From the NCBI RefSeq assembly GCF_963506605.1, contig NC_083288.1:45694001-45758000 (forward strand): a stretch of 64,000 bases of DNA, written 5' to 3'. This document shows positions 50,555 through 60,929 of the stretch, piece after piece. The stretch comes from Zootoca vivipara. Lineage: Eukaryota. The notes beneath the pieces are model-generated. The model did not search any database and had not been told where the DNA came from. It was given only the letters and a program-made list of their open reading frames with translations. Each line of letters opens with the position of its first letter. Positions within the stretch are counted from its first letter, which is position 1. Both the position numbers and the translations under genes were made by a program.

Positions 50555-50910
50555 AAAGGTAAAGGTCAAGGGAACCCTGACCATCAGGTCCAGTCACAGA
50601 CGACTCTGGGGTTTTGGCACTCATGTCGCATTAGGGGGAGGGAGCCGGCATACAGCTTCTGGGTCACGTGGCCAGCATGACTAAGCCGCTTCTGGTGAAC
50701 CAGAGTAGCGCATGGAAACGCCGTTTACCTTCCCGCCGGAGCGGTACCTATTTATCTACTTGTACTTTGAGGTGCTTTCGAACTGCTAGGTTGGCAGGAG
50801 CAGGGACCGAGGAACGGGAGCTCACCCCATCACGGGGATTCAAACTGTCCACCTTCTGATTGGCAAGCCCTAGGCTCTGTGGTTTAACCCACAGCGCCAC
50901 CCGCGTCCCG
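50555..50910 (-). mobile_element. Sauria SINE
   Basis: Reverse complement of consensus; TSD CTATATACGTGTATA. Confidence 0.9.
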
Positions 50911-51259
50911 CTATATACGTGTATACAACGTTGCATTTAATGCAGTGATGTGCTTCATTCTCGAATTGTTCTACTAATAACACCACTAGCATTTTAGTAG
51001 AACAGATTAAATCATTTCCTGTTTTCCAGTATCTGAAGTGGGGGGGGGAACCATTGCTTCCTGTAATTTTTTTTTTAGCCTAAATATATCTCCCTCCACC
51101 ACCACGTTATCCCCGAGGAGATGTTCCTCTGAGAATTGCCCAGATGCATATCAATGAGAATCTATCACTGTGGGAGCTGGCCACAATGTTTTCCTCCAGT
51201 ATAAATACTCTACAGAAAATTATGAAAAGATGGGAAAAGGTGCCGGATCTGACTGCTTC

Positions 51260-51635
51260 TGTTATGTACTGAGCTGAATCCTAGAACAATAGGATTCAGA
51301 ATCAGCGGGAGCTACCCAATCCAACTCCAGGTGGAAGTGAATCCGCAACCTGATTGGCCTGCTGGAGCAGCCAATCAGGCGGCTGGCAGAAGTGAATCTG
51401 CTACCTGATTGGCCTGTAGGAGCAGCCAATCAGGCTGCAGGCAGAAGTCAATCCACAATATAATTGGCCCACAGGTGTAGCCCTGAAGTAGCCAATCACG
51501 CAAGGCCCATTGTGTAAATAATGTATATAAGCAGATGGTTTTGGGAAAAGAGCCATTCGTCTTCTCTTCTTCTCCTTGATGAATATGAGCTGAATAAAGA
51601 GCATGAAATTCACTCTCGACTCCGAGTATATTTCA
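51260..51635 (+). repeat. 5' LTR of Gypsy copy 2
   Basis: TGTTATG...TATTTCA; several CCAAT boxes, TATATAAG at 51524, AATAAA at 51593. Confidence 0.95.
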
Positions 51636-51636
51636 C

Positions 51637-51654
51637 TGGCGACGAAGGTGGGAT
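51637..51654 (+). promoter_or_regulatory. Primer-binding site, tRNA-Ser(GCT)-like
   Basis: TGGCGACGAAGGTGGGAT is complementary to ...ATCCCACCTTCGTCG-CCA. Confidence 0.8.
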
Positions 51655-51763
51655 CCTGCTGAGCTGACCGCCACCACGCACTGCACCGCAGCACCGCCAC
51701 CTGCTGCACCGCTGCATCGCACCGTGCATCCAGGTTTCAGCTCCAGGACCCAAGGAACCCAGA

Positions 51764-54700
51764 ATGGCAACCGACAGCAGCTTCTTGCCATTCAAACCAG
51801 CATCAGGAGACTGGGAAGGGTACGCCGCCCGTTTCAACTTCCTCCTGCAAGCGAAAGAAGTCACCAACGATGCCATGAGGAGGGCGACATTCTTCAGCGT
51901 CTGTGGAGAGGAGACGTTTGAAATCGCCCGGGCTCTCCTTGCACCTAGAGATGTCGCTACCGTCTCTTACAAAACAATAATGGAACGGCTGAAGGAGCAC
52001 TTTTCACCACAGCCCTCGGTGGTAGCTTGCCGAAATGCCTTCTACGCAAAGCGGCAAGCCCCGGGGGAAACCATAACTGGGTTTGTGACCTCCCTCCGCC
52101 AAGCCGCCCGGTTATGCAACTTCTCAGAGTTGGAGAACATGCTTCGTGACCGCCTCGTCGGTGGCCTGAGGGACGAGATGTTGCAACGACGCCTCTACGC
52201 CAAAAAAGACCTCACGTTCCAGATTGCTCTGGAGGAAGCCCTGGCAACCGAAGCCGCCGAGAGGTCAACGCAAGAGGCACGACCGGCCCCGCCATCCCAA
52301 CCGAGGGTCTACCACGAAGACCTCACCGACGAATCCGAATCTGACAGGGAGGAAGTACACCGAGTACAGCGGCGCACTCAAGCAGCACACACACCACAGC
52401 AGCCTCGACGAGAAGGAGGGAACTGTGCAAGCTGCGGGGAGAACCACGAGAGGAGGACCTGTCGTTTCCGCAACGCAGAGTGCAGGCAGTGCAGAAAATT
52501 GGGACACATCGCCCGGGTGTGTCGGGCTCGACTCACCCGTCGACAAGCATCAGATGACCGACCCAGGAGCCCCAGGTCACACGGCACCATGCACCAAGGC
52601 AACTCGACGGAGATCACGGACTACCAGGTATTCCAGTTGCCCCATCCCAGCACAGAGAAAATTTATATAGAGGTACAGATAGAGGGAGCCCCATGCCGCA
52701 TGGAGCTGGACACGGGTTCAACTCTATCCATAATCTCGGCCCGAACATTAAGGGAACTGTGCCCTAATGGGGGTCCCAAACTAAGGCCGGCCCCATTCAC
52801 CCTCCGGGACTTCCAGAAACGTAAGGTCCCTACAATGGGGGTGGGGACCTTCAGGGTGCAATATCGAGGGCGAAAGCAACAATTGGACTTGCTGGTAGTT
52901 AAGGGCCCCTACGTTAGCTTACTGGGACTGGCATGGTTTGGACCTCTGGGGCTAGCCGTTACCGGGGTGAACCGCACTAGCTTACAAGTGGACGTGGACG
53001 CCATATGCAAAGAGTTTCCAGGGGTTTTCGATGGGGCATTGGGACAATATACAGGACCCCCCATTGCCCTACAGCTAGACCCCGCTGTACGACCCATCAG
53101 GCACAAGGCCCGCCGGGTCCCGTTCGCCCTGAAACCCCGCATAGACGAGGAATTGGACCGGCTCGTGGAGCAAGGAGTGCTGGAGCCGGTGCCCAACGCC
53201 CCCTGGGAAACTCCAATTGTCACACCCGTCAAGCCTAACGGTTCGGTCCGCATCTGTGCAGACTACAAATGCACCATAAACAAGGCTCTCACGGCCCATG
53301 CATACCCAGTGCCAGTGGTCAGCCATGTCCTCGCCACCCTGGCTGGGTCAAAAATCTTTGGCAAACTGGACTTGGCCCAAGCGTATCAACAGTTGCCTGT
53401 GGACGAAGCCACAGCAGAGGCTCAGACGATTGTGACGCACAGAGGGGCATTCAGAGTAAAGCGGCTGCAATTTGGCGTTAGCGTGGCACCAGGCATATTC
53501 CAGAATCTAATGGACTCTCTCCTTAAAGGGATTCCTGGCGTCACCCCCTTCTTCGATGATGTACTGATCGCCGGGCCCACACCAGAGGAATTTGAGGACC
53601 GCCTCCGCTCCGTCCTGCACCGTTTCCAGACGGCGGGCCTCAAGGTGAAGCGGGAAAAGTGTTTACTGGGAGTGCCGCAGGTGGACTTTCTGGGATTTAA
53701 GGTGGACGCAGAAGGGGTCCATCCAACCGGTGACAAGGTACGGGCCATTTGTGAGGCCCCAGCGCCCAAGAGCAAGCCCGAACTTCAGTCATTCTTGGGA
53801 CTATTGAACTTTTACCATGCCTTCCTTCCCCATAAGGCAGCGGTAGCGGAGCCCCTACACAGACTCCTAGATAAAAGGGCCCCTTGGGTGTGGGGCCAGC
53901 GACAAAGGGCCGCATTCCAGGCAGTCAAGGACTTGCTCGTCTCAAACTCGGTCTTGGCACACTTCGACGAGAGGCTGCCAGTGGTGCTGGCATGCGACGC
54001 CTCTCCCTATGGCATCGGCGCTGTCCTGGGACACCAACTCCCGGATGGAAGAGAGGTGCCGGTGGCATACTTCTCCCAGACGCTTGCTGCAGCCGAACGA
54101 AACTACTCACAGATTGACAAGGAGGGTCTGGCAATCGTGAAGGGCGTAAAAAAATTCCATGATTTCTTGTACGGGCGGCCCTTTACCATAGTGACTGACC
54201 ACAAGCCGTTGCTTGGCCTGTTTGCCCCCGAGAAGCAGACCCCCCAAGTGTTGTCTCCACGTGTCCTCAGGTGGTCAATTTTCCTTGCCGGCTACCAGTA
54301 TGCACTAATCCACCGCCCTGGGAAGGCGATGGGCCACGCAGACGCACTCAGCAGGCTACCACTACCAGAAACAGGCCCCGACCCAGCGCCTGCGCAAGAG
54401 GTTATGACCCTGGAGCTGCTTCCCGACCGACCCATTCAGGCACAAGAAGTTGCGCACCATTCCACAAAAGATAGGGTCATCTCCCGGGTCCTGGACTGGG
54501 TGTGGCGAGGATGGCCCAGCAGCAGCCCCGGGCCAGAATTCGCTGGCTACACAAACCGCAAACATGAACTGTCGGCCCACAAGGGGTGCCTGTTATGGGG
54601 AAGCAGGGTTGTTGTTCCCCAGCCCCTCCGCAAAAGGGTCCTCACAGCCCTACACGAGACACACCCAGGGGTAGTGAGGATGAAGGCCCTTGCCAGGAGT

Positions 54701-55834
54701 TATGTGTGGTGGCCGGGGATTGACAGAGAGATAGAGGCCTGGGTCCAACACTGCCAGACCTGCCAAGAATCCCGCCCGGATCCCCCAAGGGCCCCAGTCC
54801 AGCCCTGGGAGTCCGCCCGACATCCATGGTCACGCTTGCACGTGGACTTCGCTGGCCCCTTCCAGGGAAAAACATTCTTCATAGTGGTGGATTCCTACAC
54901 CAAATGGCTGGAGGTCGCACTGGTACCGTCCACTTCTACGGCGGCAGCCATCCGGGTACTACGTAAGCTGTTTGCAACCCACGGGCTCCCTGACACCCTC
55001 GTCTCGGACAATGGAACCGCATTCACGTCAGAGGAGTTCCAGACCTTCACAGCGCAGAACGCCATCCGCCACATCCGCTCAGCACCATTCCACCCTGCCA
55101 CCAATGGCCAAGCGGAGCGCATGGTGCGGACCACCAAGGACAGCCTCCGCCGCATAACACAAGGGGACTGGGAATACCGCCTTGCCGCATTTCTTCTAGC
55201 ACAGCACAGCACCCCAAGCACAACGACGGGCCGGAGCCCAGCTGAACTACTCATGGGCCGGCGCCTTGCAACTAGACTGGACCGACTTCACCCCGACAGA
55301 GCTCAGGATGAGGTAGTGGTGGGGAAAGGCAGGAACCCCCGGACATTTGTGGCCCAGGACCCAGTGTATGCAAAGAATTTTGGGGCAGGCCCAGCATGGG
55401 TACCCGCCACAGTCACCAAGGTGACCGGTCCTGTGTCATACGAGGTACTAACGGAAGGGGGGCAATGTTGGCGCCGCCACTGCGACCAGCTACGGCGACG
55501 ATTCCCAGGAGGAACCCGGGAGGAGAGCGGGACAGAGAGGTCCCAAGGGGACAGCAGGGCAGTGAGGCCTGTAGAGCGAGAGGGGTGGGCAGGGGAAGCA
55601 GAAGCAGTAGGCACAGAGGGGCGCCCCGAGGCTGGAAGGACACCGGAACCAGAGTCACAACCTAGTGGTTCAGTGGCGCCAGACCAGACAGCCCCGGCAC
55701 AGCCAGCAGCCTCGGAACACGAGCCAGAACCAGAACCCCTGACCAAGGAACACCCCAGGCCACAACGCACACGGAGGCGGCCAGCAGACCTTGGGGACTA
55801 CGAATGCAACTTCCCGGGCAGGACTGGAACTTAG
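51764..55834 (+). CDS. Gag-Pol polyprotein, 1356 aa
   Basis: Same domains as copy 1; about 8 amino-acid differences visible. Confidence 0.97.
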   Translation: MATDSSFLPFKPASGDWEGYAARFNFLLQAKEVTNDAMRRATFFSVCGEETFEIARALLAPRDVATVSYKTIMERLKEHFSPQPSVVACRNAFYAKRQAPGETITGFVTSLRQAARLCNFSELENMLRDRLVGGLRDEMLQRRLYAKKDLTFQIALEEALATEAAERSTQEARPAPPSQPRVYHEDLTDESESDREEVHRVQRRTQAAHTPQQPRREGGNCASCGENHERRTCRFRNAECRQCRKLGHIARVCRARLTRRQASDDRPRSPRSHGTMHQGNSTEITDYQVFQLPHPSTEKIYIEVQIEGAPCRMELDTGSTLSIISARTLRELCPNGGPKLRPAPFTLRDFQKRKVPTMGVGTFRVQYRGRKQQLDLLVVKGPYVSLLGLAWFGPLGLAVTGVNRTSLQVDVDAICKEFPGVFDGALGQYTGPPIALQLDPAVRPIRHKARRVPFALKPRIDEELDRLVEQGVLEPVPNAPWETPIVTPVKPNGSVRICADYKCTINKALTAHAYPVPVVSHVLATLAGSKIFGKLDLAQAYQQLPVDEATAEAQTIVTHRGAFRVKRLQFGVSVAPGIFQNLMDSLLKGIPGVTPFFDDVLIAGPTPEEFEDRLRSVLHRFQTAGLKVKREKCLLGVPQVDFLGFKVDAEGVHPTGDKVRAICEAPAPKSKPELQSFLGLLNFYHAFLPHKAAVAEPLHRLLDKRAPWVWGQRQRAAFQAVKDLLVSNSVLAHFDERLPVVLACDASPYGIGAVLGHQLPDGREVPVAYFSQTLAAAERNYSQIDKEGLAIVKGVKKFHDFLYGRPFTIVTDHKPLLGLFAPEKQTPQVLSPRVLRWSIFLAGYQYALIHRPGKAMGHADALSRLPLPETGPDPAPAQEVMTLELLPDRPIQAQEVAHHSTKDRVISRVLDWVWRGWPSSSPGPEFAGYTNRKHELSAHKGCLLWGSRVVVPQPLRKRVLTALHETHPGVVRMKALARSYVWWPGIDREIEAWVQHCQTCQESRPDPPRAPVQPWESARHPWSRLHVDFAGPFQGKTFFIVVDSYTKWLEVALVPSTSTAAAIRVLRKLFATHGLPDTLVSDNGTAFTSEEFQTFTAQNAIRHIRSAPFHPATNGQAERMVRTTKDSLRRITQGDWEYRLAAFLLAQHSTPSTTTGRSPAELLMGRRLATRLDRLHPDRAQDEVVVGKGRNPRTFVAQDPVYAKNFGAGPAWVPATVTKVTGPVSYEVLTEGGQCWRRHCDQLRRRFPGGTREESGTERSQGDSRAVRPVEREGWAGEAEAVGTEGRPEAGRTPEPESQPSGSVAPDQTAPAQPAASEHEPEPEPLTKEHPRPQRTRRRPADLGDYECNFPGRTGT

Positions 55835-55844
55835 AGGGGAGGGG
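55833..55844 (+). promoter_or_regulatory. Polypurine tract
   Basis: AGAGGGGAGGGG immediately before the 3' LTR, overlapping the ORF stop codon. Confidence 0.9.
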
Positions 55845-56220
55845 TGTTATGTACTGAGCTGAATCCTAGAACAATAGGATTCAGAATCAGCGGGAGCTAC
55901 CCAATCCAACTCCAGGTGGAAGTGAATCCGCAACCTGATTGGCCTGCTGGAGCAGCCAATCAGGCGGCTGGCAGAAGTGAATCTGCTACCTGATTGGCCT
56001 GTAGGAGCAGCCAATCAGGCTGCAGGCAGAAGTCAATCCACAATATAATTGGCCCACAGGTGTAGCCCTGAAGTAGCCAATCACGCAAGGCCCATTGTGT
56101 AAATAATGTATATAAGCAGATGGTTTTGGGAAAAGAGCCATTCGTCTTCTCTTCTTCTCCTTGATGAATATGAGCTGAATAAAGAGCATGAAATTCACTC
56201 TCGACTCCGAGTATATTTCA
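55845..56220 (+). repeat. 3' LTR of Gypsy copy 2
   Basis: Identical to 51260-51635. Confidence 0.95.
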
Positions 56221-56576
56221 GCTTCCTACTCTTAACATCCTGACATGGGTAGAATTTATGGCAAATCTGCTCAACTACACACAGAGTAGGATCACGGCAC
56301 CAAAGATGATCACAGTTTGTGAACATGCACATAAGGGAACACACATACACACAAACAAACAAACAACACTATGGACGATCTTGGGTGTTTGTTTTGTGTT
56401 GAGGAAATTCCTCGTGTATCTTCCCATTTAGAAGAACTGACTCTCAGAATGATTATTGTCTGGTTATTACTAAATTAATCAAATGTGCTGTTCACCCAAG
56501 ACAGGGGAATCTCCATGTGACTTCAAGTTTAAAAACATACAAAATTGTAAAAGCAAGAAACATTGTTGCGGAAACA

Positions 56577-56608
<32 letters not shown>

Positions 56609-56717
56609 GTATGTAAAACTAAAGACACTACCTTCCAGAGGTGAGAGATGAGACATACAACTGCTCAGAGGCAACGTCGCAGAAAGCTCTGTTTTTTAAA
56701 GCTACTGTAATGTCTAT

Positions 56718-56725
56718 ATGCAAAT
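56718..56725 (+). promoter_or_regulatory. Ig VH promoter octamer (V gene 1)
   Basis: ATGCAAAT about 100 bp upstream of the leader ATG, in VH orientation. Confidence 0.85.
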
Positions 56726-56816
56726 CAGAAATCTATGTTTCCTTTCCTAGAAACCTTTAAAGCAATGCTTTGGCCAGCAGGCTGGCATCATCCTCTTGCC
56801 TTTGAAAACAGACACG

Positions 56817-57710
56817 ATGAGTTTTACACTGTGTCTTTTCTTCTGGGCAGTGACATTAGCAGGTAAGGAAGATGGCCTGTGAATGATCTGTCCTAAATTA
56901 TATTTTTTGTTTGTCAGTCATAGATTCTGAAAATGTTGTGATGCATAACGAAGAAGACAATGAAGAGAGAGAAGACAGATACGGTATTATATGGGACACG
57001 AGGAACATCAATTCCCTACTCCTTGAGCACTAGGTCAAAATATACATCAAAATGTTATTGGTCTTTTTGGTCATGGCAGTTCTCAAGGTAGATATATACA
57101 TGGTAGTATTTATCTACCAAACTATTATTTATACTGGAGAAACAATGATTGTTTGGTTGGATAATGCTACAGCAAAAATATTGCATTCATTTATTTAGGA
57201 AACGTATACTGCACATGTTTGGCCAGTCTCAAAAGAGACTGAAGGGGAAAAAAGAGGACCAGTTTATTGGCTTCTATTGAATTTAGACAATAAATTAAAT
57301 AAAAAGACAAGTCTGGCAGAATGGGAAGAAACAGTCAGTACATTATTCTCATAGACAGCAGAGTATAAGAATGAATTATAATATCTCTTTTTTTTGTCCA
57401 CAGATGTCCAGTCTCAAATCCAGTTTTTTCAATCTGCCAATGAAATTAAAAGCCCTGGAGAATCAATTAAACTCACCTGTAGGGCATCTGGATATACATT
57501 TACCAGCTACTCACTTGCTTGGGTCAGACAGGCCCCGGAAAAAGGACTGGAGTGGGTCGGTACTATACGGACAGATAACTTCAAAACATTCTATCCTGAG
57601 TCTCTCAAAGGTCAAGTCACCCTCAGTGTGGACACCTCCATCAGCACTTTATATCTGCAGCTGAACAATTTGAAAGCTGAAGACACAGCTGTATATTACT
57701 GTGCAAGGCA
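56817..57710 (+). CDS. IGHV: Immunoglobulin heavy-chain V gene segment 1 (leader exon 56817-56862, V exon 57404-57710)
   Basis: 46-nt leader MSFTLCLFFWAVTLA + G|GTAAG; acceptor CCACAG; DVQS-QIQFFQS..C..GYTFTSY..WVRQAPEKGLEWVG..EDTAVYYCAR; cryptic heptamer TACTGTG. Confidence 0.93.
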
Positions 57711-57749
57711 CACACAGGGCAAGACTACATGCACAGGCAGTCAAAAACC
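57711..57749 (+). other. 23-RSS of V gene 1
   Basis: Heptamer CACACAG (57711-17), 23-nt spacer, nonamer TCAAAAACC (57741-49). Confidence 0.85.
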
Positions 57750-58138
57750 CTCTGGGGGGAACTCAGTGGCAGAGAAAGCAAAACAAAGCAAAGCAAAAAA
57801 CCTGCTAAACTGTTGGTGCAGAAATCAAAGAACTGCAAAGCATGGACATAGTCAAAGTCTACAACACATGTGTACTATAAGGATGTACTATAAGCACATA
57901 TTCACTGTACACACATATACACATACATATACATACTCCCTGCTCTACAACCAGCAAAGGTCATGCATGGCAGAAGATCCCTACTAGGCACCCAGATGGG
58001 AGGATTAACACGAAGTACTCAATTCATATTTGGCACAAAAATAAAATATACTAATCCAGAGTGTTGCTAATCTGTATTAGAAAGTGATGCATGGAGATTC
58101 CTCTTGGGCCTTCAATCGGATCTTGGCTGGATCTACAC

Positions 58139-58274
58139 CAGGCATAGGCAACCTTGGCTCTCCAGATGTTTTGGAACTACAACTCCCATGATCCCTATCT
58201 AACAGGGCCAGTGGTCAGGGCTCATGGGAGCTGTAGTTCCAAAACATCTGGAGAGCCAAGGTTGCCTATGCTTG
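58139..58274. mobile_element. hAT-type MITE
   Basis: TIRs CA.GCATAGGCAACCTTGGCTC; TSD ATCTACAC. Confidence 0.85.
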
Positions 58275-59036
58275 ATCTACACCGAGCTGTAAAAACCCTT
58301 AAAAATAGTTATATAGCTCTCAATGCAATTTTCCATTGATTGTTCTACACCACCCTCTGGTGTCATGTATTTATAACAATTTAACAATGTTCTAGTTACA
58401 GGTAAAATAAAAAAACATTCCTTCAGTAGCACCTTAAAGACCAACTAAGTTTTTATTTTGGTATGAGCTTTCGTGTGCATGCACGAAAACGACTGCAAAT
58501 GGTTTTGCGTGAAAAAGCAAGGGTTGAGATGGCTGAAGATCGCTTATCATGTATAATGAGATAAGAATCCGATATCTCTGTTCAAACCAGGTCCCTCCAT
58601 GGTTTTGAGCTTGGTGATAAGTTGTAATTCAGCAACTTCTCTTTCCAGTCTATTTCTGAAATTCTTTTGTAGTAAGACAGCTACTTTGAGATCTTGTATA
58701 GAATGTCCTGGGAGATTGAAGTGTTCTCCTACTGGTTTTTCTGTCTTCTGGTTCCTGATGTCAGATTTCTGTCTAGTCATCAGAACACCACTAGTAATCA
58801 CATACAGCTCCCAAGTTAAAACAGTACAACGCATCATCAGAGATCTACAGCCTCTCCTGGACAGCCTCTCAACCCTTGCTTTTTCATGCAAAACCATTTG
58901 CAGTCATTTCCGGTCATCAACAGCTATCAGTCAGTCAATCACCCATTTCCACCACCCTTCTGAGTGATCCCCCCTCCCTCTCCCCACCCCTCCCCACCCC
59001 TTCTCTACATAAGTGCCTGGGGACTCCCATTTCACT

Positions 59037-59074
59037 GTATCTGAAGAAGTGTGCATGCACACGAAAGCTCATAC
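59037..59074 (+). ncRNA. Minimal hammerhead ribozyme (Penelope pLTR)
   Basis: GTAT-CTGAAGA-A-GTGTGCATGCACAC-GAAA-GCTC-ATAC. Confidence 0.78.
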
Positions 59075-59245
59075 CAAAATAAAAACTTAGTTGGTCTTTA
59101 AGGTGCTACTGAAGGAATTTTTTTTTATTTTGTTTCGACTCAGACCAACACGGCTACCTACCTGTAACTAAACAAAATAGAGTCGAAACAAAATAAAAAA
59201 AATTCCTTCAGTAGCACCTTAAAGACCAACTAAGTTTTTATTTTG

Positions 59246-59283
59246 GTATGAGCTTTCGTGTGCATGCACACTTCATCAGATAC
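59246..59283 (-). ncRNA. Minimal hammerhead ribozyme (Penelope pLTR), canonical CUGAUGA core
   Basis: Reverse complement GTAT-CTGATGA-A-GTGTGCATGCACAC-GAAA-GCTC-ATAC. Confidence 0.8.
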
Positions 59284-59986
59284 ACTGAAACAGAAGTAAC
59301 CAGACTCTTATGTATATTCAGAGGGTGGGGGTGATGGGAATGGGTGATGGGCTGATAGGAGTGGTAAACCTTTTGATGACTGTTAACGACTGTTAATGAC
59401 TGTAATTGGTCTTGCGGGGGGGGGGGAAGCAAGGGCTGAGGTGCTAAGGAAAGCTTGACCATGTATAATGAGATAAGAATCCTATGTCTCTGTTCATTCC
59501 AGGTGGCTCCATGGTTTTAAGCTTTCTAATGAGTTGCAATTCAGCAACTTCTCTTTCCAGTCTGTTTCTGAAAATTTTCTGTAATAAAACAGCTGCTTTG
59601 AGATCTATACAAGATCTCAAAGACCCCAGATTCCCCATCCATGCATTGTTGTGTTATGAGTTCTACAGCTTCCTCCCATAGTCATTAGAGGTCCCGAGAC
59701 TCCAAGCAACACAGAGGACATCTTGTCTATGTTTCCACTTCGTTGATTTGGCTAGGTATCTATATGTGTGAAATGCCTAGTAAGCATATTTTAAAATTAT
59801 TTGATATTCAAAAAACAAAGCTCTTATTTTCTGTTAAGTTACTTGTGCAACCACATACAGAAAATTAAAACAAACAAACAAACAAACATGTGTTCTTTTG
59901 CTCTTAGCTGTTTTTCATGCTTTCCAGATAGGAATTGTGTCCATGGTGTGCTTTGAGTTCCCTACAGTGGAAATCATCACACACTG

Positions 59987-60340
59987 TAAAGGGAAAGGGA
60001 AAGGGAAAGGGACCCCTGACCATTAGGTCCAGTCGCAGATGATTTTGGGGTTGTGGCGCTCAGCTCACTTTACTGGCATTTGTCCACAGACAGCTTCCAG
60101 GACTCATGTGGCCAGCATGACTAAGCCGCTTCTGGCGAACCAGAGCAGTGCACGGAAACGCCGTTTACCATCCCACCGAAGCGGTACCTATTTATCTACT
60201 TGCACTTTGAGGTCCTTTCAAACTGCTAGGTTGGCAGGAGCAGGGACCGAGCAATGGGAGCTAACCCTGTCACAGGGATTCAAACCACCGACCTTCTAGT
60301 TGGCAAGCCCTATGCTCTGTGGTTTAGACCACAGCGCCAC
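59987..60340 (-). mobile_element. Sauria SINE
   Basis: Reverse complement of consensus. Confidence 0.88.
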
Positions 60341-60816
60341 TTCACACTTTCTGAAACAATAGGTGAATTAAACCAGCTAGCCTTTGAATTTTGCAATGCA
60401 GTTCTCTTCTAGTAATTGATTGTATGGAAGCTGCTCTGGTGCCCGAAGAGCAGGGTACAAAAGCTCTAAATATACACATACATACACATACATGCATAAT
60501 ATGTTCAGAAATGCAATACATTAGTTAAAATAACATTACAAATGCATCATAGCACAGAAAACTGTGTTGCAAAGATATGAAGATTAGGCAAAATTGCATT
60601 TTAGGAGAAATGCTGATGAAATTTCACCCAAACAACCAAACCTGCCAATTGATGTTGAAATGTAGAGAACTGGACTTTAGATCGGGCAAATGAGAAACTT
60701 AAAATGATAGATTTGCCCGTCCCTATCTGCTGCTGAGTTGTTATTTTCCCCTGGTCTTCCATTCTCCACACAACTGCATATGAAACAGTGAACTGGATCT
60801 TCTTATAGGCATCCTC

Positions 60817-60824
60817 ATGCAAAT
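60817..60824 (+). promoter_or_regulatory. Ig VH promoter octamer (V gene 2)
   Basis: CTC-ATGCAAAT about 110 bp upstream of the leader ATG. Confidence 0.85.
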
Positions 60825-60929
60825 GATACTTCCTCTAGTATCCCTTTTCCCTGCTCAAATACCTTCTGGCACATTGTTCCTTCCAATACATAGCTTTCAT
60901 CAATTGCTTATGCCCATAAACACATTATC

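Larger units (their letters stand above)
51260..56220 (+). mobile_element. Full-length Gypsy/Ty3 (Mag-clade) LTR retrotransposon, copy 2
   Basis: 376-bp LTRs 51260-51635 and 55845-56220 identical by eye; 5-bp TSD GCTTC; PBS, PPT, intact ORF. Confidence 0.97.
58390..59612. mobile_element. Rearranged Penelope-like element fragments (GIY-YIG endonuclease C-terminus twice, inverted pseudo-LTRs)
   Basis: KSDIRNQKTEKPVGEHFNLPGHSIQDLKVAVL..REVAELQLITKLKT..GLNRD on the minus strand (58547-58770, 59444-59605); pLTRs in both orientations. Confidence 0.85.

Noticed and set aside
22649-55770. Overlapping and antisense ORFs inside the Gypsy elements and opposite the ORs
   Set aside because: Shadow ORFs of GC-rich or codon-biased sequence with no recognisable domains; no env-like ORF.
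57052-57093. Hydrophobic mini-ORF MLLVFLVMAVLK + GT inside the V1 intron as an alternative leader
   Set aside because: The donor is phase 0, incompatible with the phase-1 V exon acceptor, and there is no octamer.
57713-57749. Alternative V1 heptamer CACAGGG
   Set aside because: It gives a 21-nt spacer; CACACAG at 57711 gives exactly 23.
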